A DNA stretch of 64,000 nt from an uncultured Acetobacteroides sp. (GCA_963678165.1 OY782755.1:3227996-3291995), one strand, 5' to 3'; numbered from the stretch's first letter, positions 44,933 to 55,075 are shown. Translations and numbers: made by a program. Notes: a model not told the origin generated them from the sequence alone.

Positions 44933-45574
44933 ATGAGCAACAGCAACGAGTACACGGCCATGTTCGACAGGCTACTCTTTGGTTTTATCGTGAAGCTGGT
45001 AGTGCCCACCAGCTGCTTTCTAGGCGCCTGGTGGATATCGCTGCTATTCACCCAAAGCGGTTTGGCAATTGCAGGGGCAGCGCTCTCGGGCGCAGCGATA
45101 GGAATGATGGTTAACGCGCTAGTAGAGCGCATTCGAGGGGTTGACGTCTACCGCATATCAAAGCCTACGCTGATGCTCATCTACCTGTTCTACACCTGCT
45201 GCATGTTCGGGTTCTTCATGGGCGTACCCATCTTCCATCCGGCGCTAGGCGCCACCGCCGGCTACTACTGGAGTCAAAGGCTGCTCGCAACGGGCGACAC
45301 GAGCCGCTTACGGGCAGAAATCCGAAAGGTATCGGCATTTACCTCGGCCGTAATTGCAGCAGTTGGCCTAACATCGGCTATCTTTGCTTTGATGAGCCAA
45401 TCGACACCGGCCGACCTAAAGCACATGCTCCGCCTGCCGTTCGACATCACCCCCGCAATGCTGTACGCCATAATTGTAGCTGGCGGCATCATGCTGGTAG
45501 CGGCGCAGTACTGGCTCACCAAGGCAACCATGATCTGGACATTGAAAAGGAATGGGATAGGCAAAATAGGATGA
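44933..45574 (+). CDS. Hypothetical polytopic membrane protein
   Basis: 213 aa with 5-6 hydrophobic helices. The stop overlaps the ATG of the following hydrolase fragment (ATGA). Confidence 0.6.
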   Translation: MSNSNEYTAMFDRLLFGFIVKLVVPTSCFLGAWWISLLFTQSGLAIAGAALSGAAIGMMVNALVERIRGVDVYRISKPTLMLIYLFYTCCMFGFFMGVPIFHPALGATAGYYWSQRLLATGDTSRLRAEIRKVSAFTSAVIAAVGLTSAIFALMSQSTPADLKHMLRLPFDITPAMLYAIIVAGGIMLVAAQYWLTKATMIWTLKRNGIGKIG

Positions 45575-45675
45575 AGAAACGACTCGTTATACGTTCCAAC
45601 CTATGGGGATTCAACAAATCGCAGCGGATAAACAACTACTGGGAGAAGTTGAGCAAGTGCTTTGACATTACCTGA
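45571..45675 (+). pseudogene. 34-codon relic paralogous to the N-terminus of the 46573..47127 alpha/beta hydrolase
   Basis: MKKRLVIRSNLWGFNKSQRINNYWEKLSKCFDIT* aligns with MRRRLIILSDLWGVNKSQWVDLYLAELNSCFEVKYYD.... Nucleotide similarity is visible by eye (ACCTATGGGG.T.TCAACAAATCGCAG). Confidence 0.7.
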
Positions 45676-45700
45676 CCAACATATACTAGAAAATTTTACC

Positions 45701-46405
45701 ATGAAGCTACAGGGAATAGTAAGGAAAACATCAATAGCCATCCTGCTACTTATAGGCGTAAGCTTATGGGTGCAGGCTCAAAACCGCCCACCAAAGCTAC
45801 GCTTCGAGGATATCTACACCAAAATCGACACCTTCAGCACCAGCCAGCACTACTACAACCAGAGATGCAGATGGTTTAATGATACCGTTGTAACGTGCAA
45901 CCTGGTAACGCCACACACCTTCGATCTGCAATACTACCTAAAGAGCAACAGGCTCGACAGCACCTACGTGCCAACCGACCAAGAGAAGGAGCGCTACCTC
46001 TCGTTCTTCGAAATTGGAGCACAAAACTGCCACAGCTACTCGTTGGAATGCTACTTCAAGAATTCAGGAATAGAAGGTATAAGCCTGTTCGACCATAACA
46101 CGAGTGTAGGCTCCGAGTACCTTACGAAAATACTTGCAAGCACATTCGAAAAAGTTCAGGAGCTAACCATAAAGCCCAAGCATAAGCCCAAAGAAGGCAT
46201 CGTCAGCAACACCATCCTCGTATTTAGCTCCCGCTATTCCAGGGCCATCCACTCCGTTTACTACTCCAACGGGGTATACTTCTCTAAGAACGGAGCGTTT
46301 GCCCCAAAGACGTACAGCAACCTCAACGACATCCTAAAGCTATACTTCGACACAACTATCATAGAGGCATACCAGCTGAAGGCAGCCATAAGGGCAAAGC
46401 TATAG
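45701..46405 (+). CDS. Hypothetical secreted protein
   Basis: The start is at MKLQGIVRKTSIAILLLIGVSLWVQAQ. It contains GAQNCHSYSLECYF, which could mark a Cys-hydrolase but is not a recognised family. Confidence 0.5.
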   Translation: MKLQGIVRKTSIAILLLIGVSLWVQAQNRPPKLRFEDIYTKIDTFSTSQHYYNQRCRWFNDTVVTCNLVTPHTFDLQYYLKSNRLDSTYVPTDQEKERYLSFFEIGAQNCHSYSLECYFKNSGIEGISLFDHNTSVGSEYLTKILASTFEKVQELTIKPKHKPKEGIVSNTILVFSSRYSRAIHSVYYSNGVYFSKNGAFAPKTYSNLNDILKLYFDTTIIEAYQLKAAIRAKL

Positions 46406-46572
46406 GCCACCGCCCGCTACCGAGCAGAACTTCCTCGACGCTTTTAAGCAGCCAAAGCCCCTGTCATAGGCTATAAGCCAAAGCCTAAAAATAACAAAAG
46501 CGCAGTCGAGTTGCGAGGGTAAAAGAGCCGAGCCGCAACACGGAGAATAAGTAGAACCACAGAAAATATACC

Positions 46573-47127
46573 ATGAGAAGACGTTTAATTATTCTTTCTG
46601 ACCTATGGGGTGTCAACAAATCGCAGTGGGTTGACCTCTACCTGGCAGAGCTGAATAGTTGTTTCGAGGTAAAGTACTACGACTGCTGCGAGCTGGGCGA
46701 TGTGCGAAAATCGGTGTACACCGAAGAGCATCTCCATCACCAGTTCGTAAGCGGAGGTATCGAAAGAGCCGTCGAAAAGCTAACCAAGCTAGAGCCGGAG
46801 CATGTGGCAGTACTAGCCTTTAGCATTGGCGGAACAATAGCCTGGAGGTTTGGGCTCAAAACCCAACGAGTAGATTCTATGTACTGCGTTTCGTCAACAA
46901 GGCTGCGCTTCGAAAACACCTCCCCCATCAGCAGCATAGCCCTCTTCTATGGCGAAAAGGACGAGCATAAGCCTCAACAGGATTGGTTTCGCCAGATGGG
47001 AATCGTCCCCGAAATTGTAAAGGAGGGAGAGCATTTAATTTACGCCGAACCGGAATTTGCCAAGCGCCTATGCAAACGCATACAGCAAAGCATACAGGCT
47101 AAAGCGCCAACTTGCAACCGACAATAA
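46573..47127 (+). CDS. Small alpha/beta-fold serine hydrolase (YdeN/RBBP9-like)
   Basis: 184 aa with a nucleophile-elbow-like AFSIGG and a C-terminal EGEHL that could be the catalytic His region. Confidence 0.55.
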   Translation: MRRRLIILSDLWGVNKSQWVDLYLAELNSCFEVKYYDCCELGDVRKSVYTEEHLHHQFVSGGIERAVEKLTKLEPEHVAVLAFSIGGTIAWRFGLKTQRVDSMYCVSSTRLRFENTSPISSIALFYGEKDEHKPQQDWFRQMGIVPEIVKEGEHLIYAEPEFAKRLCKRIQQSIQAKAPTCNRQ

Positions 47128-47151
47128 TCAATCAACACCAATAGCAGCAAC

Positions 47152-47538
47152 ATGCATATCGACCACATCGCCATTTGGACCACCGACATAGAGCGGATGA
47201 AAAATTTCTACTCGACACATTTTGGCTGCAAGGCATCAGCCCGATACGACAACCGCCAAAAGCAGTTCTCGTCCTACTTTCTCACCTTCGGCAGTGGGGC
47301 ACGTATTGAGATCATGCAACGGGTAGATGTCACCGAAGTGGTGGGTAAGGAGTCCATAGGACTAGCCCATTTTGCCGTTACCGTAGGAACCGCCCAACAG
47401 GTAGACCTCCTCACCCAAAAGATGGAGGAAGCAGGCGTCACCGTAGCCAGCTATCCCCGAACAACCGGAGATGGCTACTACGAGAGCGTGGTGCTCGACC
47501 CCGACGGCAACCGTATCGAGTTAACCGCAGCCCGGTAA
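47152..47538 (+). CDS. VOC-family (glyoxalase/bleomycin-resistance/dioxygenase fold) protein
   Basis: 128 aa. MHIDHIAIWTTDIERMKNFY...HFAV...DPDGNRIEL is a typical glyoxalase-fold pattern. Confidence 0.8.
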   Translation: MHIDHIAIWTTDIERMKNFYSTHFGCKASARYDNRQKQFSSYFLTFGSGARIEIMQRVDVTEVVGKESIGLAHFAVTVGTAQQVDLLTQKMEEAGVTVASYPRTTGDGYYESVVLDPDGNRIELTAAR

Positions 47539-47717
47539 CCCCAAAGCACGCCCATCCGCAGCCCGCCATGGCGCCAGCAGGTGTGCTGCAAACAGGTAGC
47601 AGCACCTCCGCCCCCTTACCCGTAACAAAACAAGGGGCAACAACGTTTACAGAAAGTGTAAGCGGCGCTACGGCTTTGCATGCCGAGCAGCATAGCGGTC
47701 TGAAAAACGGCAACCCC

Positions 47718-48773
47718 ATGAAAGCAAAATCGTTCCTGCTCTACGTATTCCTGCTCATCGTCGTGGCATTCGCAGCATGCCGAAAGGATAATGCGAATAA
47801 GCAGGATCCCACCCCCACCCCTACCGAGCTCGACGATATATTCGATGCTGCTGCCAGCAATCCCAACCTGCGATGCCTGATAGTGTATAAGGATGGGAAA
47901 ATAGTAAAGGAGAAGTACTACCAATCGAACGTAGCCAACACCCCGCACGACGTTCGCTCGGTTACCAAAAGCGTAATGGCGACGCTAGTTGGAATAGCGA
48001 TAGACAAAGGCTACATCCAATCGGAGCAAGTGCCCATTGGCGACTACCTAAAAGCCTATCTACCCATCACAGACACCGCCAAGGCCAACATAAAGCTCTA
48101 CCACCTGCTGACAATGAGCGCTGGAATGTTCAGCGACGAGCTTACCAGTACAACAAGGTACCTAGACTGGTTCAATGCTCCCGACCAGCTAGCCTTTACA
48201 CTAAACCAGCCGTTTATTACCAAACCTGGGCAAAGCTTTTACTACGACTCGGGCATCGCACACCTCACCTCAGCCGTGCTAGTTCAAGCAACGGGGATGT
48301 CAACCTACCAGTTTGCGAAGAAATACCTTTTTACACCACTTGGTATAGGCGATAGAAATTGGCTAGTAGATAAGCGAGGGATAAATAACGGAGGTGCAGG
48401 GCTAGAGCTCACGCCCTACGACATGCTAGCCATCGGAAAACTGTACCTAAACAAAGGTAGCTACGGCAATACCCAGGTAGTTTCGGAAAGTTGGGTAGCT
48501 AAGGCAACAACAGCAAAGATAACAACCAACAATGCTCAACCTTATGGGCCCAATTACGGCTACTTTTTCTGGGTAGGCAGCCTATCATCGCACGATTACT
48601 TCTTTGCAAATGGCTATGGCGGACAATTCATCGTCGTAGTCCCCGATGCGAACCTTATTGTGGTTGCCACCAACAGCTGGGCCAACGTTTCGTCCACCGT
48701 AGCCATCCAGCAATGGAGCAGCACAATGAGCATAATCGCCAATAAGATAATCCCGCTGTACAACCCGAAGTAA
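47718..48773 (+). CDS. Serine hydrolase of the beta-lactamase/transpeptidase-like family (lipoprotein)
   Basis: The start is at MKAKSFLLYVFLLIVVAFAACRKD. It has the S-x-x-K motif SVTKS, and the C-terminus contains NGYGGQF. Confidence 0.8.
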   Translation: MKAKSFLLYVFLLIVVAFAACRKDNANKQDPTPTPTELDDIFDAAASNPNLRCLIVYKDGKIVKEKYYQSNVANTPHDVRSVTKSVMATLVGIAIDKGYIQSEQVPIGDYLKAYLPITDTAKANIKLYHLLTMSAGMFSDELTSTTRYLDWFNAPDQLAFTLNQPFITKPGQSFYYDSGIAHLTSAVLVQATGMSTYQFAKKYLFTPLGIGDRNWLVDKRGINNGGAGLELTPYDMLAIGKLYLNKGSYGNTQVVSESWVAKATTAKITTNNAQPYGPNYGYFFWVGSLSSHDYFFANGYGGQFIVVVPDANLIVVATNSWANVSSTVAIQQWSSTMSIIANKIIPLYNPK

Positions 48774-49080
48774 AAGTAAGGCCAAGCGATGTAACGCTAT
48801 TTTGAAATTCAACGCTACCACCCGCATTAACAAACAAATTACAGATGATTAGCAGGGTAGAAGTTTTAGCACCATCGTACAGCGTGCAACTCTTAGGCTG
48901 AAGCCAAAAAATTTGTCTACTCATCATCCGTTGCCTGAAGCCAACGCCTATAAGTGCGGCATGATAGACCATAAGCATCCTTGCCTATTCCCCAAGCCGA
49001 GGGATATGGGCGTAAAGCAATCGCCTGCCGAACCAGTAAGGCTACCTCAAGCAAGCCAGCAGGTGCTACCTGTGAAACAC

Positions 49081-49111
49081 AAAAAAGGGTAACCTTTTGT
49101 AGGCTACCCTT
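49081..49111 (-). terminator. Intrinsic terminator of glyA
   Basis: Stem AAGGGTA (49085-49091) / TACCCTT (49105-49111), followed on the minus strand by a U-run. Confidence 0.7.
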
Positions 49112-49140
49112 AAAAAAAATTTACGACTTGTATTTAAACA

Positions 49141-50421
49141 CTACCAAGCAAACAGCGGTAGATCTTTCATCATCTTATTAACCTCTGCGCGAACAGACGC
49201 AATCTTTGCCTCATTCTCGATGTTAGCAATAACTGTATCGATATACTCTACGATTAGCGGCATCTGATCCTCCTTGAGACCACGGGTTGTAATGGCAGGA
49301 GCGCCAACACGAATACCCGAAGTGGTAAATGGAGAGCGAGAATCGTAAGGAACCATATTCTTGTTAATGGTAATATCAGCCTTAACCAACGTATTTTCCA
49401 CCTGCTTACCCGTAATGGTAGGATACTTGGTTCGAAGGTCAATCAGCATAAGGTGATTTTCAGTACCATTAGATATAACCTTGTAGCCCATGTCAACAAA
49501 AGTCTTTGCAAGAGCAGCAGCGTTCTTCTTAACCTGCGCTTGGTATACCTTATACTCTGGAGTTAAAGCTTCGCCAAAAGCAACAGCCTTAGACGCGATA
49601 ACATGCTCAAGTGGTCCTCCCTGAATTCCAGGGAAAACAGAGCTGTTAAGCACCGCCGACATCATCTTTACTTCACCCTTAGGAGTCTTTATCCCGAAAG
49701 GATTTTCGAAGTCCTTACCCATAAGGATAATGCCACCACGTGGTCCACGAAGCGTTTTGTGGGTGGTTGACGTTACAATGTGCGCATACTTTACGGGATT
49801 CTCAAGCAGCCCAGCAGCAATAAGACCAGCAGGGTGAGCCATATCTACCATAAAGATAGCGCCAATCTTATCCGCAATTTCGCGCATACGCTTGTAGTCC
49901 CATTCGCGCGAGTAGGCAGAAGCACCACCAACGATAAGCTTAGGCTTATGCTCGATGGCCATTTGCTCCATATTGTCGTAGTTTACGCGGCCATCCTCTT
50001 CGTTTACCTTATACCCAATAGGGTTGTAAAGCGTACCCGATATGTTTACTGGAGAGCCATGAGAAAGGTGACCACCATGCGCAAGGTCGAGCCCCATAAA
50101 TGTATCGCCAGGCTTTAGGCAAGCCATAAACACGGCCATGTTTGCCTGCGCTCCCGAGTGTGGCTGAACGTTAGCATATTCTGCACCGTAAAGTTCTTTA
50201 AGACGATCGATAGCAAGCTGCTCCACGATGTCTACTACCTGACACCCGCCATAGTAACGAGCACCTGGATAACCTTCGGCATATTTATTGGTAAGCACAG
50301 AACCCATTGCCTGCATTACCTGTTCTGAAACGAAATTTTCTGAAGCGATGAGCTCTACGCCATGAGTTTGGCGTTCACGCTCCTTCGCAATTAGATCGAA
50401 TATCTGTGTATCGCGAACCAT
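49141..50421 (-). CDS. glyA: Serine hydroxymethyltransferase
   Basis: 426 aa with the PLP-lysine motif [15 protein letters not shown]. The whole protein looks like a typical SHMT. Confidence 0.97.
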   Translation of the reverse strand: MVRDTQIFDLIAKERERQTHGVELIASENFVSEQVMQAMGSVLTNKYAEGYPGARYYGGCQVVDIVEQLAIDRLKELYGAEYANVQPHSGAQANMAVFMACLKPGDTFMGLDLAHGGHLSHGSPVNISGTLYNPIGYKVNEEDGRVNYDNMEQMAIEHKPKLIVGGASAYSREWDYKRMREIADKIGAIFMVDMAHPAGLIAAGLLENPVKYAHIVTSTTHKTLRGPRGGIILMGKDFENPFGIKTPKGEVKMMSAVLNSSVFPGIQGGPLEHVIASKAVAFGEALTPEYKVYQAQVKKNAAALAKTFVDMGYKVISNGTENHLMLIDLRTKYPTITGKQVENTLVKADITINKNMVPYDSRSPFTTSGIRVGAPAITTRGLKEDQMPLIVEYIDTVIANIENEAKIASVRAEVNKMMKDLPLFAW

Positions 50422-50632
50422 AATACGTTTTTTTAAGTTTGCGGGCTAAAGGTAAAGAAATTACCCTATCAAAAATGGAAATGGGTTAATGAATTTTACA
50501 AAAAATTTCGCTCATAACAGCGTAGAATAATGCGAAAGAACCAATCCAATTAAAACTATAAAAATCACAATTCGTATATAAAATACATTTATTCCATTAG
50601 TAGAAACCCTTTACTCCACTAAAAGAAGAAGC

Positions 50633-51166
50633 ATGCTGCACATCGTACAAAAATGGGCTGTAATAGCAATGCTATTTACAACCATAGCGGTATATCCTAA
50701 TAACCCAGCAAAAGGACAACGTAATTTTTTGATTACTGCTGGCTTTGGAGTTCCAGAGATGAGCAATGTAGGTATCCACTACCAGCAAGGGCAAGTACAG
50801 CTTGGCGCCTCGTACGGTTGGTTTCGAATCTTTGGCAATCAAATCCAAACGGTAACGATAGCAGGGCAATTTCATATCGCTGGAACTTCCGAGCTATCGC
50901 CACAAAAACCATGGTTTTCACGCGTAGGTGTATGTTTCTTGAATGAAGACTCGCAGGAAGAAGAGGAACTACACTCGCTGCTGAACTTGCAGCTGGGACG
51001 TCAGCTTAACCTATCGTACAATTGGGGTGTGGAGGTATACCTCGGCTACACTATACAGGTTGGTAGCAATAAACGAATAAAAGATTCATCGTATTGGGGG
51101 ATTACTTCGAACTTGGGAAAGGCATCGTTTCCTAGCCTAGGATTCAGTTTCTACTACCGTCTCTAA
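50633..51166 (+). CDS. Hypothetical small outer-membrane beta-barrel-like protein
   Basis: 177 aa with alternating hydrophobic beta-strand patterns and an aromatic-rich C-terminus (GFSFYYRL). Confidence 0.45.
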   Translation: MLHIVQKWAVIAMLFTTIAVYPNNPAKGQRNFLITAGFGVPEMSNVGIHYQQGQVQLGASYGWFRIFGNQIQTVTIAGQFHIAGTSELSPQKPWFSRVGVCFLNEDSQEEEELHSLLNLQLGRQLNLSYNWGVEVYLGYTIQVGSNKRIKDSSYWGITSNLGKASFPSLGFSFYYRL

Positions 51167-51211
51167 TGGAGATACCCAAAGTAGAAGCATAAAGGTTACC
51201 GAAATACGGTG

Positions 51212-52993
51212 CTAATCGTTACAGAGATCTACCAGTTTCTCCCTATAGATTGAGAGAATCCGCGATCGCGAGACAAACCCAACATACACACCATTACTAT
51301 CCACAACTGGTAAGTTCCAGGCCCCCGACTCCTCAAACATTGCAAACACCTCCTCCATGGTGCTACCCACCACCACCTGATCGGGGGGCAATATAAGAAG
51401 ATCGCTCACCAACACCTCATCGTACCTCGACTGGTCGAACATTATATGGCGAATGTCATCAAGCAGAACAACCCCCTTAAGGCAACCACCCCAATCGACA
51501 ACCGGAAAAATGTTGCGCTTCGACTTAGCAACAGCCTTAACCAGTTCGCCAAGAGTTGCATTAAGCGCTACAGGTATAAAGTCAGCCTCAACGACCTCGT
51601 CGAGCGACATTGTGGTTATAGCCGCCTTGTCCTTATGGTGGGTTATCAAGTCTCCCGACTGCGCCAAACGCAGCGTGTAAAGCGAGTGACGATTACGGCT
51701 AAATACAGTTATGTAGGAAAGAACCGACACCAGCATTAGCGGAATAAACAGCTGGTACCCTCCTGTAATTTCGGCAATAAGAAAGACTCCCGTAAGAGGG
51801 GCGTGCATTACCCCGGCAAGCACACCAGCCATACCAACCAACGTAAAATTGCCAACAGGTAAGCTCATCCCAAAAAGAACATTTATAGACGTGGCCACAA
51901 AGAAACCAACCATCCCCCCAACAAAAAGACTTGGGGCGAAAATTCCCCCTACTCCACCTGCTCCAAACGTACAAGCCATTGCAGGAACTTTAAAAAAGAT
52001 GATTAACAATGGGATAAGAAGTAGCGCCCAAACTTCTCCATTCAAATTGTAATATAGAGTATGCTCGAAAAGCACATCAGTCTTCAGCGTCAAAAGTTTC
52101 CCAATAGCCTCGTATCCCTCTCCGTACAACGAAGGGAAAAGCATAATTAGCAAACCTAAGAGCACTCCTCCAATTAGGAACCGCGAAACAAGACTCTTCT
52201 GTCGCCTAAAAAAGCCCTCAATGGTAATGGAAGCCCAAGTAAAGTAAAGCGAAGCGGCCCCACAAATAATACCTAAGATGATATAGTAAGGTATATTATA
52301 CACCGAAAAGTTAAGGATATACCGCTCCGGGAAAATAATGGATGAACCCACAAATAGGTAGGTAATGCTCACCGCACAAACCGTAGAAAGCAGCAGCGGA
52401 ACCACTGCCGACATGGTAAGATCGAGCATCAAGACCTCAAGGGTGAAGATCACCCCTGCAAGAGGAGCACCAAAGGCACCAGCAATAGCTCCAGACGCAC
52501 CAGCCCCTAAAAGCAGCATAACCATCCGCGCATCTACCCTAAAGAATTGACCTATATTCGAACCTATAGCTGAACCAGTCATTACGATTGGCCCTTCTGC
52601 GCCAACAGAACCTCCGAGCCCAATTGTAAGCGAAGTTGCCAACATCGACGTGTACATGTTATGCGCCTTTAGCCTCGACTCTTTACGCGACATGGCATAA
52701 AGCACCTTTGTAACGCCGTGGCTAATGTCATCCCTTACAAAAAGACGAAGAAAAATAATGGATAAAAGAACACCTATCATAGGATAGGCAAACAAAAGAA
52801 TGCTTCCGCTATCGGTTGGTAGCCATCCTGTAAGGTTAAGCTTCACAAAATGGATAAGCCACTTGATTGTTATGGCCGCAAACCCACAGATAATACCAGT
52901 AAGGACGCTAAAAAGAAGCGTTAACCGCCGACTTGGCAACCGCTTTATCTTCTGTATCAACAATCTCAGATACGACAAATGATTTACCTGCAT
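51212..52993 (-). CDS. ClC-family voltage-gated chloride channel / H+-Cl- exchanger with C-terminal CBS pair
   Basis: Motifs GGSVGAEGP, GAFGAPLAG and GGIFAPSLF are present, and the C-terminal part resembles tandem CBS domains. The start is placed at the first ATG (MQVNHL); the track start is a TTG at 53050. Confidence 0.88.
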   Translation of the reverse strand: MQVNHLSYLRLLIQKIKRLPSRRLTLLFSVLTGIICGFAAITIKWLIHFVKLNLTGWLPTDSGSILLFAYPMIGVLLSIIFLRLFVRDDISHGVTKVLYAMSRKESRLKAHNMYTSMLATSLTIGLGGSVGAEGPIVMTGSAIGSNIGQFFRVDARMVMLLLGAGASGAIAGAFGAPLAGVIFTLEVLMLDLTMSAVVPLLLSTVCAVSITYLFVGSSIIFPERYILNFSVYNIPYYIILGIICGAASLYFTWASITIEGFFRRQKSLVSRFLIGGVLLGLLIMLFPSLYGEGYEAIGKLLTLKTDVLFEHTLYYNLNGEVWALLLIPLLIIFFKVPAMACTFGAGGVGGIFAPSLFVGGMVGFFVATSINVLFGMSLPVGNFTLVGMAGVLAGVMHAPLTGVFLIAEITGGYQLFIPLMLVSVLSYITVFSRNRHSLYTLRLAQSGDLITHHKDKAAITTMSLDEVVEADFIPVALNATLGELVKAVAKSKRNIFPVVDWGGCLKGVVLLDDIRHIMFDQSRYDEVLVSDLLILPPDQVVVGSTMEEVFAMFEESGAWNLPVVDSNGVYVGFVSRSRILSIYREKLVDLCND

Positions 52994-53065
52994 CTTTTCT
53001 AATAGTATGCCTACGAAGGTAAGATATTCTAAATTGCCCACAAACACCAAAAGGGATCAACCGTC

Positions 53066-53106
53066 CCTAAAACAAAAGAGCCACCCGCATTGGCAGATGG
53101 CTCTTT
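53066..53106 (-). terminator. Probable intrinsic terminator of the DUF4403-like gene
   Basis: Stem AAAGAGCCA (53075-53083) / TGGCTCTTT (53098-53106), followed on the minus strand by a T-rich tract (CTTTTGTTTT). Confidence 0.55.
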
Positions 53107-53127
53107 AAATTATACGATTATACTCCG

Positions 53128-54519
53128 TTAGAAGTTTAACCCCTCAACGGCAACGTTAAGTTTCCCCTTTGCAACTCCAAGTACCTTAAACGACTTGTCG
53201 GCAAGGTAAATATTGTCGATATCAATTTGGTCTACTACACCATTGATGGCAATATTCTGAACTGAGTGGTTGTTCTTAAGGCTTGTATTTGCGGTATTCT
53301 TAGCAGTGTTAAGGTAGCTGCTAATTGGGAACACCATGTTTTCCTTGATCTTCTCCTTAATTGTACTCTTGAAGAGCCATGCTGCACCTTTAAGTAGAAT
53401 GTTTTTGGTCTGCATTTCGAAATCGAAATCGGTAATCTCAACAGCCTGTTTTTCCTTGTTGTAAACTGGAACACCTACAAAGTAAACTGTACCATTAAAG
53501 CTACCCGAAAGGTTAGCGCCAACAACAACCTTTCCGTTGCTTCCATAAATCTGAAGGCTATTTACGGTAACGGCCTTACTCCCCGAGTTAAACGTCTTTC
53601 CTTTTACCTCCTTAACAGCCATTTGTTCTGCTTCTGCATAAGGAATATCCGTCCAGATATTGAAGTTAAACTGGCCATCGGACTTTTGAACCAATCGGAA
53701 GTTCGGTAGTTTTACCACAGGTGTAACAGCAGGAGCCTTTGATGAAACAAGCACTTCAGTTTGAGACTTAACGCCTACTGCTGTACTGATCATACCGTTG
53801 TGGGTGGCAAATGGAGTAGCAGTAATCTCTGAAGGAGTTAGCTTAAGCCAAAGGTTGTAATCCTTATTAATTAGCATTGGTTGCTGAACTTGCTTCCACG
53901 CTGTAGCCATTTGCGCTTTAATGTTGAATTGAGCCTTAATCTGGTTGTCAATTTCCGAGCAAACCCGTCCTTGCATTCCTGCAACAATTTTATCAGCTAC
54001 ATACTTAACCGGAACATTAAACCCGACAAGGCTAACCGATGGATTACTAATCCATTCGAATCCTGAAGAAACAGTCTTTGAAGAAACAGACCAATCGGGT
54101 GATATACCAAATGTAGTGTGATACTTTAGGGCTATTTGAAGTTCTACCTCCTTAGCAACCGTAATACCTAGCTTAGTCATTCCGCCTTTCAACCAAATTT
54201 TAAGAGGAATTCGATAGTCAATGCTCATCCCATTGATCTGAACAGCAATAGGCTGAACTTTCCAGACCTTAAGCATTACGTTGTCGTCCTGCATATTCTT
54301 GTCTTCGAAAAGTAGCCCGCTAATCTCACTATTGATTTTACCGTTGAGCATCTTTTCGCTTAGAGAAACAGGAACATTTACCACCGATGAGGTTGGCTTG
54401 TATTCGAAACTTGTATATCCCTCATTAGGCTTAGGAATATTAGATGTAGAAGAACACCCCTGAATAAAAAGAGCCATCGATAAGCCCCAAAAAAGCTTAC
54501 AAAAACTTTTTACTCGCAT
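53128..54519 (-). CDS. DUF4403-like lipoprotein
   Basis: 463 aa with lipoprotein signal ...MALFIQGCSST. The long beta-rich sequence resembles the Bacteroidota DUF4403 family, a call made from memory only. Confidence 0.55.
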   Translation of the reverse strand: MRVKSFCKLFWGLSMALFIQGCSSTSNIPKPNEGYTSFEYKPTSSVVNVPVSLSEKMLNGKINSEISGLLFEDKNMQDDNVMLKVWKVQPIAVQINGMSIDYRIPLKIWLKGGMTKLGITVAKEVELQIALKYHTTFGISPDWSVSSKTVSSGFEWISNPSVSLVGFNVPVKYVADKIVAGMQGRVCSEIDNQIKAQFNIKAQMATAWKQVQQPMLINKDYNLWLKLTPSEITATPFATHNGMISTAVGVKSQTEVLVSSKAPAVTPVVKLPNFRLVQKSDGQFNFNIWTDIPYAEAEQMAVKEVKGKTFNSGSKAVTVNSLQIYGSNGKVVVGANLSGSFNGTVYFVGVPVYNKEKQAVEITDFDFEMQTKNILLKGAAWLFKSTIKEKIKENMVFPISSYLNTAKNTANTSLKNNHSVQNIAINGVVDQIDIDNIYLADKSFKVLGVAKGKLNVAVEGLNF

Positions 54520-54605
54520 GGTTTAAATATTTTGAATGGTTAAAGCCGCAAAGTTAACCAAACAGGAACGAGGGGGTGCCCCTTATCTTATTAAAAGGCG
54601 TTAAT

Positions 54606-54634
54606 AAAAAAAGCAGCCATCGTTGGATGACTGC
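54606..54634 (-). terminator. Intrinsic terminator of the small HTH gene
   Basis: 9-bp stem with one mismatch, GCAGCCATC (54613-54621) / GATGACTGC (54626-54634), followed on the minus strand by a 7-nt U-run. Confidence 0.6.
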
Positions 54635-54665
54635 CTTCTATAATGAGAACTCTTTTCTAAATACG

Positions 54666-54914
54666 CTAAGATTTTTCGCTAAGCATGTGTAATGCCATAT
54701 CCAAGATCGTGGTATCGTCAAGTTCAACCACCCCTCCGTCTGGCCCCTTTTCAATGTGAATTCCAACAGTTTGTCCTGATCGGTAGTTAGCACCGCCAAA
54801 GTAGTTGCGAACTGTTTCATCGGTTACATGCAACGACTCAGCGATGCGATGAATGCTTCCTTCTGGAAGACTGTCTTTAATTTTTCTGAGTTCATTAAAC
54901 GTAATAGTTCTCAT
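54666..54914 (-). CDS. Small DNA-binding (HTH-like) protein
   Basis: 82 aa. IHRIAESLHVTDETVRNYFGG looks like a helix-turn-helix. The gene has its own terminator. Confidence 0.55.
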   Translation of the reverse strand: MRTITFNELRKIKDSLPEGSIHRIAESLHVTDETVRNYFGGANYRSGQTVGIHIEKGPDGGVVELDDTTILDMALHMLSEKS

Positions 54915-55075
54915 AACCCTGCTTGTTTAGTTTGGGAATTGGGATTCTTAACTGCTTTCCAATTTATACATTTTTTTGAATGAAAAAAAACATTTACCTT
55001 ATTATTGTATTTATTTTAAGCACAAATAAAGTTTATATTTTATATCAAGCAGTTACAACTTCTCCCCACGTCGAC

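Noticed and set aside
38903-48773. Calling the island a bona fide integron cassette array
   Set aside because: The window has no integrase. By eye I could not find paired R'' (RYYYAAC) / R' (GTTRRRY) boxes or attC-like bulged hairpins in the spacers. I kept it only as a hypothesis to test with IntegronFinder.
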